A stretch of 64,000 bases of DNA from Oopsacas minuta (Eukaryota > Animalia > Porifera), in the NCBI GenBank assembly GCA_024704765.1, contig JAKMXF010000014.1:35242-99241 (forward strand). The letters are read 5' to 3'. Made by a program: the position numbers and the translations under genes. Shown here piece after piece: positions 60,401 to 64,000 of the stretch; positions within the stretch are counted from its first letter, which is position 1, and the number at the start of each line of letters is the position of its first letter. The notes beneath the pieces are model-generated. The model was not told the origin of the DNA. It worked only from the letters and a program-made list of their open reading frames with translations, and ran no database searches.

Positions 60401-63400
60401 AGATCAGTTCTGATACCAGATAAATCTACATAACTCCACATCACTTCTGGTGTATTCATATTCTCTGTAACACAGTAGAGAGTAGTGTCTGTTATTAGAA
60501 TAGCATTGTCTGAAAGTGGTGAGGGTGTTGATCCAATCATTTCACCAAACACGTTCACTAAGGAAATATTGTAATATATGAATGTATGCTATGTAAATGT
60601 GAATCTTATTTCAAGGATCTATTCAGATTTGTAAGAAATCTAAAGTAATAAGTTGATATATGAGTAACAATCAATTTTCAGAAAGATCATTGTAATGTTC
60701 AAGAGTTATGTTTATACAATACAAATTATAATTATCTAACTATACTCTTACCGTGAGTACTACAGAAGTAGCACGTCAGAATGTCGGCGCATTCTTGATC
60801 ATTCCAATTTGGATTTCCATAAGTGTGTACACAATCTTCATCACCCAAGTTATTGGGTTCGCCAGGGGCCCAATTCCTATATATACTATCACTACCATCA
60901 GCCCAAATATATGTCCCTTCACCATTTATGTCATTTAGTCCTATCCAACAACTAGTTGAACCAGTTAATGTACCATACATCAATGTATTCTCTTCTGTGG
61001 ATATTACTGTAGCTAGGTCATAACCACTTGAAACACACTGTACTCTAGCATCTGTCCAGTTAACACCAGTGCTAGTGAAATAACTGAAACATGTCCCTTC
61101 ATTTGATATTGCATCACAACCAGTTGTTGGCACTACAGTTTAACATGAATAACCGTATTATAGGAAGACATTTTCCATGCACCATTACATTCATCACACA
61201 GGACAACAGACAACAAATAGACACAAACTTACCTGTATACTCGTTTGTATCTGTCATTATTGCTGTATACGTTCTACTAGTTCCTCCATCTTCAGTGACT
61301 TCACAACTGTAAGAACCTGGTTGAGAAGTGACAACCTGTATAGTACTAACTCCTGTACTAGCATCAGTTGTAGCAGTGAGATCAGTTCTGATACCAGACA
61401 AATCTACATAACTCCACACCACTTCTGGTGTATTCATATTCTCTGTAACACAATAGAGAGTAGTGTCTGTTATTAGGATAGCATTGTCTGAAAGTGGTGA
61501 GGGTGTTGATCCAATCATTTCACCAAATACGTTCACTAAGGAAATATTTCAGTATAAAATGTACGAAATACAAATGTGAATCTTGTTTCAAGCATTGGTG
61601 CAGATATGCTGGGAATACAATGGTAGTAAATTTCTTTAGAATTACAAGAATAACAATCAAATTTAGATTGAAAGCCTTTGAGCTAAAAATTCAGTAATAC
61701 TTGCTAGATATGGAAATTTGGTATACAAACGTGTTTTAACAAATCAAACTAAACTACTCTTACCTCTAGTGCTACAGAAGTAGCAGCTAAAAGTAGCTGT
61801 GCATCGTCCATCATTCCATTCTGGGCGTCCCCAAGGGTATGCACAATCTTCATTGTCTCTATAATCATCAGGTTGACCAGAGTCCCAGTTCCTAAACGTA
61901 CTATTACTACCATCAGCCCAAACAAATGTGTCTTCATTGTTTCTATCATGTAGTCCTATCCAACAACTAGTTGAACCAGTTGCAGTGTTATACATTAACG
62001 TATTCTCTTCAATGGATGTTACTGTAGCTAGGTCGTAACCACTTGAAACACACTGTAGTCTAGCATCTTCCCAGTTTATACCAGAGCTTGTGAAGTAACT
62101 GAAACATGTCCCTTCATTTGATATTGCATCACAACCGCTTGTAGGCACTACAGTAGCAATTTGATATATTTGAACACATACAATATCCTACATACTAACT
62201 ATACAGGTCTGTATATGCGTGCGTCCCAGCAGTACTGAAAGATTCATTATTGTGTTTTAAAATATGGAAATCTGCGCAAAATACAGTGCATTCAGCAGGA
62301 GAATGAATGCATTTGCATGGGTGGTACAGGAATTCCCCTACGGGGGGTGGGGCTAAATATGAAGACAAAATTTCGGATCGCATGCAGATGATGTATTTAA
62401 TGGCTCTAATTTGTACAGGTTATACTTACAGTTACATTTCAAAATATATAAATAGGAGCCTTTGGCTCGTCGCTTTGCGCCTCGAGGTATTCAACGGACA
62501 AACAATAATTGAGATTTAATAATATTGATGTTGTTTACAATATTCAGACTCAGCATACTCGATTACCCCAGGATAGTCGTTGAAAGTATGATTCTACCAC
62601 AATTTTGAAATTTGTTTACTATATATTCATAAAAACAACAATAAATTTACATGAGAAACTTGAAAATACGAAATTCGGATTCAGCGTACCGTGTTACCCC
62701 TGGGTAGCCGCTGAGAGCAAGCCTGTACGTATATTTAGAGATTTGGCTAATTTGTTTACTATAGATTCATAAAAACAACAATAAAGTTACATATGATTAA
62801 TCCAAAAGTGTGAAAATCGGATTCAGCATGTTCGATATGTTTAGTTAAGTTTGATTGAATTCTGTTTAGTTCCTGTATAAACGCGATAAATACATAGTTA
62901 CGTGACAATTTCATAATTGCATACCGCATATCCTTTCCTTGACAACAGACAAACAGACATGAGCGTCGATCTTGACGAGGCCGGCGGGGCCGGCCCCGTT
63001 AGCATTTGAAACTGATGGGGCCAAACCCACCTGGCCCCATCAGGTTTTGGGCTATCAGACTTCGGAAGTTTTAATTATGTTTGTCAGGGTTAATTGATTT
63101 AACAAGGAAGCCATTAATTATTAATACAGTTTTCACGCTTTTCTATAACACCGATTATTTTGTGTTCAGAATCCTGACCCATGTTCACTAACTAGAGGTG
63201 TTCACTATTTTGGAGGTTTAACTGTACTTACATTCTCCACGGAAGCCATTAATTAATTAATTATTCATAGTTGTGTCTTCTTATAGTTTATGCTTTTGTT
63301 CAGTTTTGTTGGCTAAATTTAAATGTTTAAGACTTATTATACTAGACGGACTAGGGATGATTATGAATTTCGACGTAATGAACCCCGAAGCCTCGTGGGC

Positions 63401-64000
63401 CTGGTCCCGTTAGCTTTATTCCGAAATCTGAAAAGTTCGACGCCTATGCAAACAGACAAACAATCATTGTGATTTAATAATATAGATAGAAGTTATTCGA
63501 GATTTGAAATTCACCCAAAATTCAATGAAATATAAAATTAATAGCAATTTTACATTTTAGGTGCCAAAATTATAATTAAATACAGATAGTATTCTAATGT
63601 AAAAAGGTGGGAAAATACAGGCAAAATACAGGCAAAATACAGGCAGATGCCGGTATTTTCCCAGTTGTTCAAAATTAATTCTATGAATTAGCCATCTTTC
63701 AGTGGCAAATATCAACATGCACATCTATATCTTGGTGTATTGAATGTTGACAAAATAAGTAAATATGTTCAATACAGAATATATTGGAGAAGGAGTACTG
63801 AATCCCCTGAAAGCCTGAATATAAGGATTCTATCAAATTTCTGCAATGCGCACAATTGAGGTATCAACATACCTGTATTTTCATTTGTATCTGTCATTAT
63901 GGCTGTATACATTCTACTAGTTCCTCCATCCTCAGTGACTTCACAACTGTAAGAACCTGGTTGAGTAGTGACAACCTGTATAGTACTAACTCCTGTACTA
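54475..64000 (-). CDS. Adhesion GPCR, 5'-truncated: (Ig-CTL)n array + two Ig-like domains + GAIN/GPS + 7TM + Tyr-rich tail
   Basis: Exons in transcript order: >64000-63873 (Ig), 62147-61764 (CTL), 61535-61233 (Ig), 61132-60752 (CTL), 60557-60255 (Ig), 60154-59774 (CTL), 59577-59290 (Ig), 59024-58201, 57570-57283, 56567-56439, 56318-55820 (GPS HFTSFAVFV plus first TMs), 55588-54950 (GWLFP..IP, CFL....VIWAFIAP, LTPVLGIPW, NGLMG), 54821-54475. Phases are consistent throughout. Confidence 0.9.
59290..61550. repeat. Tandem duplication of an Ig-exon + CTL-exon unit, 978-bp period, about 2.3 copies including introns
   Basis: Exon boundaries 59774/60752, 60154/61132, 60255/61233 and 60557/61535 differ by exactly 978; the introns are near-identical. 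Confidence 0.95.
62455..63490 (+). mobile_element. Long composite copy of the Helitron/Helentron-like family in an adhesion GPCR intron
   Basis: Starts ggagcctttggctcgtcgct, has an internal duplication (ttgtttactata.attcataaaaacaacaataaa twice), reaches gacaaacagaca at about 62955, then about 490 bp of other sequence, and the family end aacaatcattgtgatttaataatatag resumes at about 63460. Confidence 0.5.
63607..63662. repeat. Short tandem repeat (aaaatacaggc x3) with an inverted partner
   Basis: tgggaaaatacaggc ... gccggtattttccca. Confidence 0.7.

Noticed and set aside
1-64000. tRNA, rRNA or snRNA genes
   Set aside because: None recognised by eye; tRNAscan-SE and Infernal/Rfam would be needed to exclude them.

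Overview
AT-rich eukaryotic (animal) genomic DNA with short GT-AG introns and many single-exon genes. The style suggests a compact sponge genome, possibly a glass sponge; this is inference, not verified. Left edge (+): 3' part of an 18+ exon type I receptor with a C-type lectin (CTL), 16 FN3 domains, a TM helix and a Tyr-motif tail. Right edge (-): 3' part of an adhesion GPCR whose ectodomain is an expanding (Ig-CTL)n tandem array. In between: a plant-type pathogen-related protein homolog, a TM2-domain protein, a divergent actin, a SMYD methyltransferase, carnitine acetyltransferase, a frameshifted PNPO-like gene, a CRD-less Frizzled/Smoothened-like 7TM, an orphan ORF, six intronless NHL-repeat genes (two with single in-frame stops), an inverted pair of identical bZIP-like ORFs, and a 4-exon Rac/Cdc42-like GTPase with its catalytic residues replaced. 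Intergenic DNA carries many MITEs and a dispersed Helitron/Helentron-like repeat family. All calls come from manual translation and motif recognition; no database searches were run.
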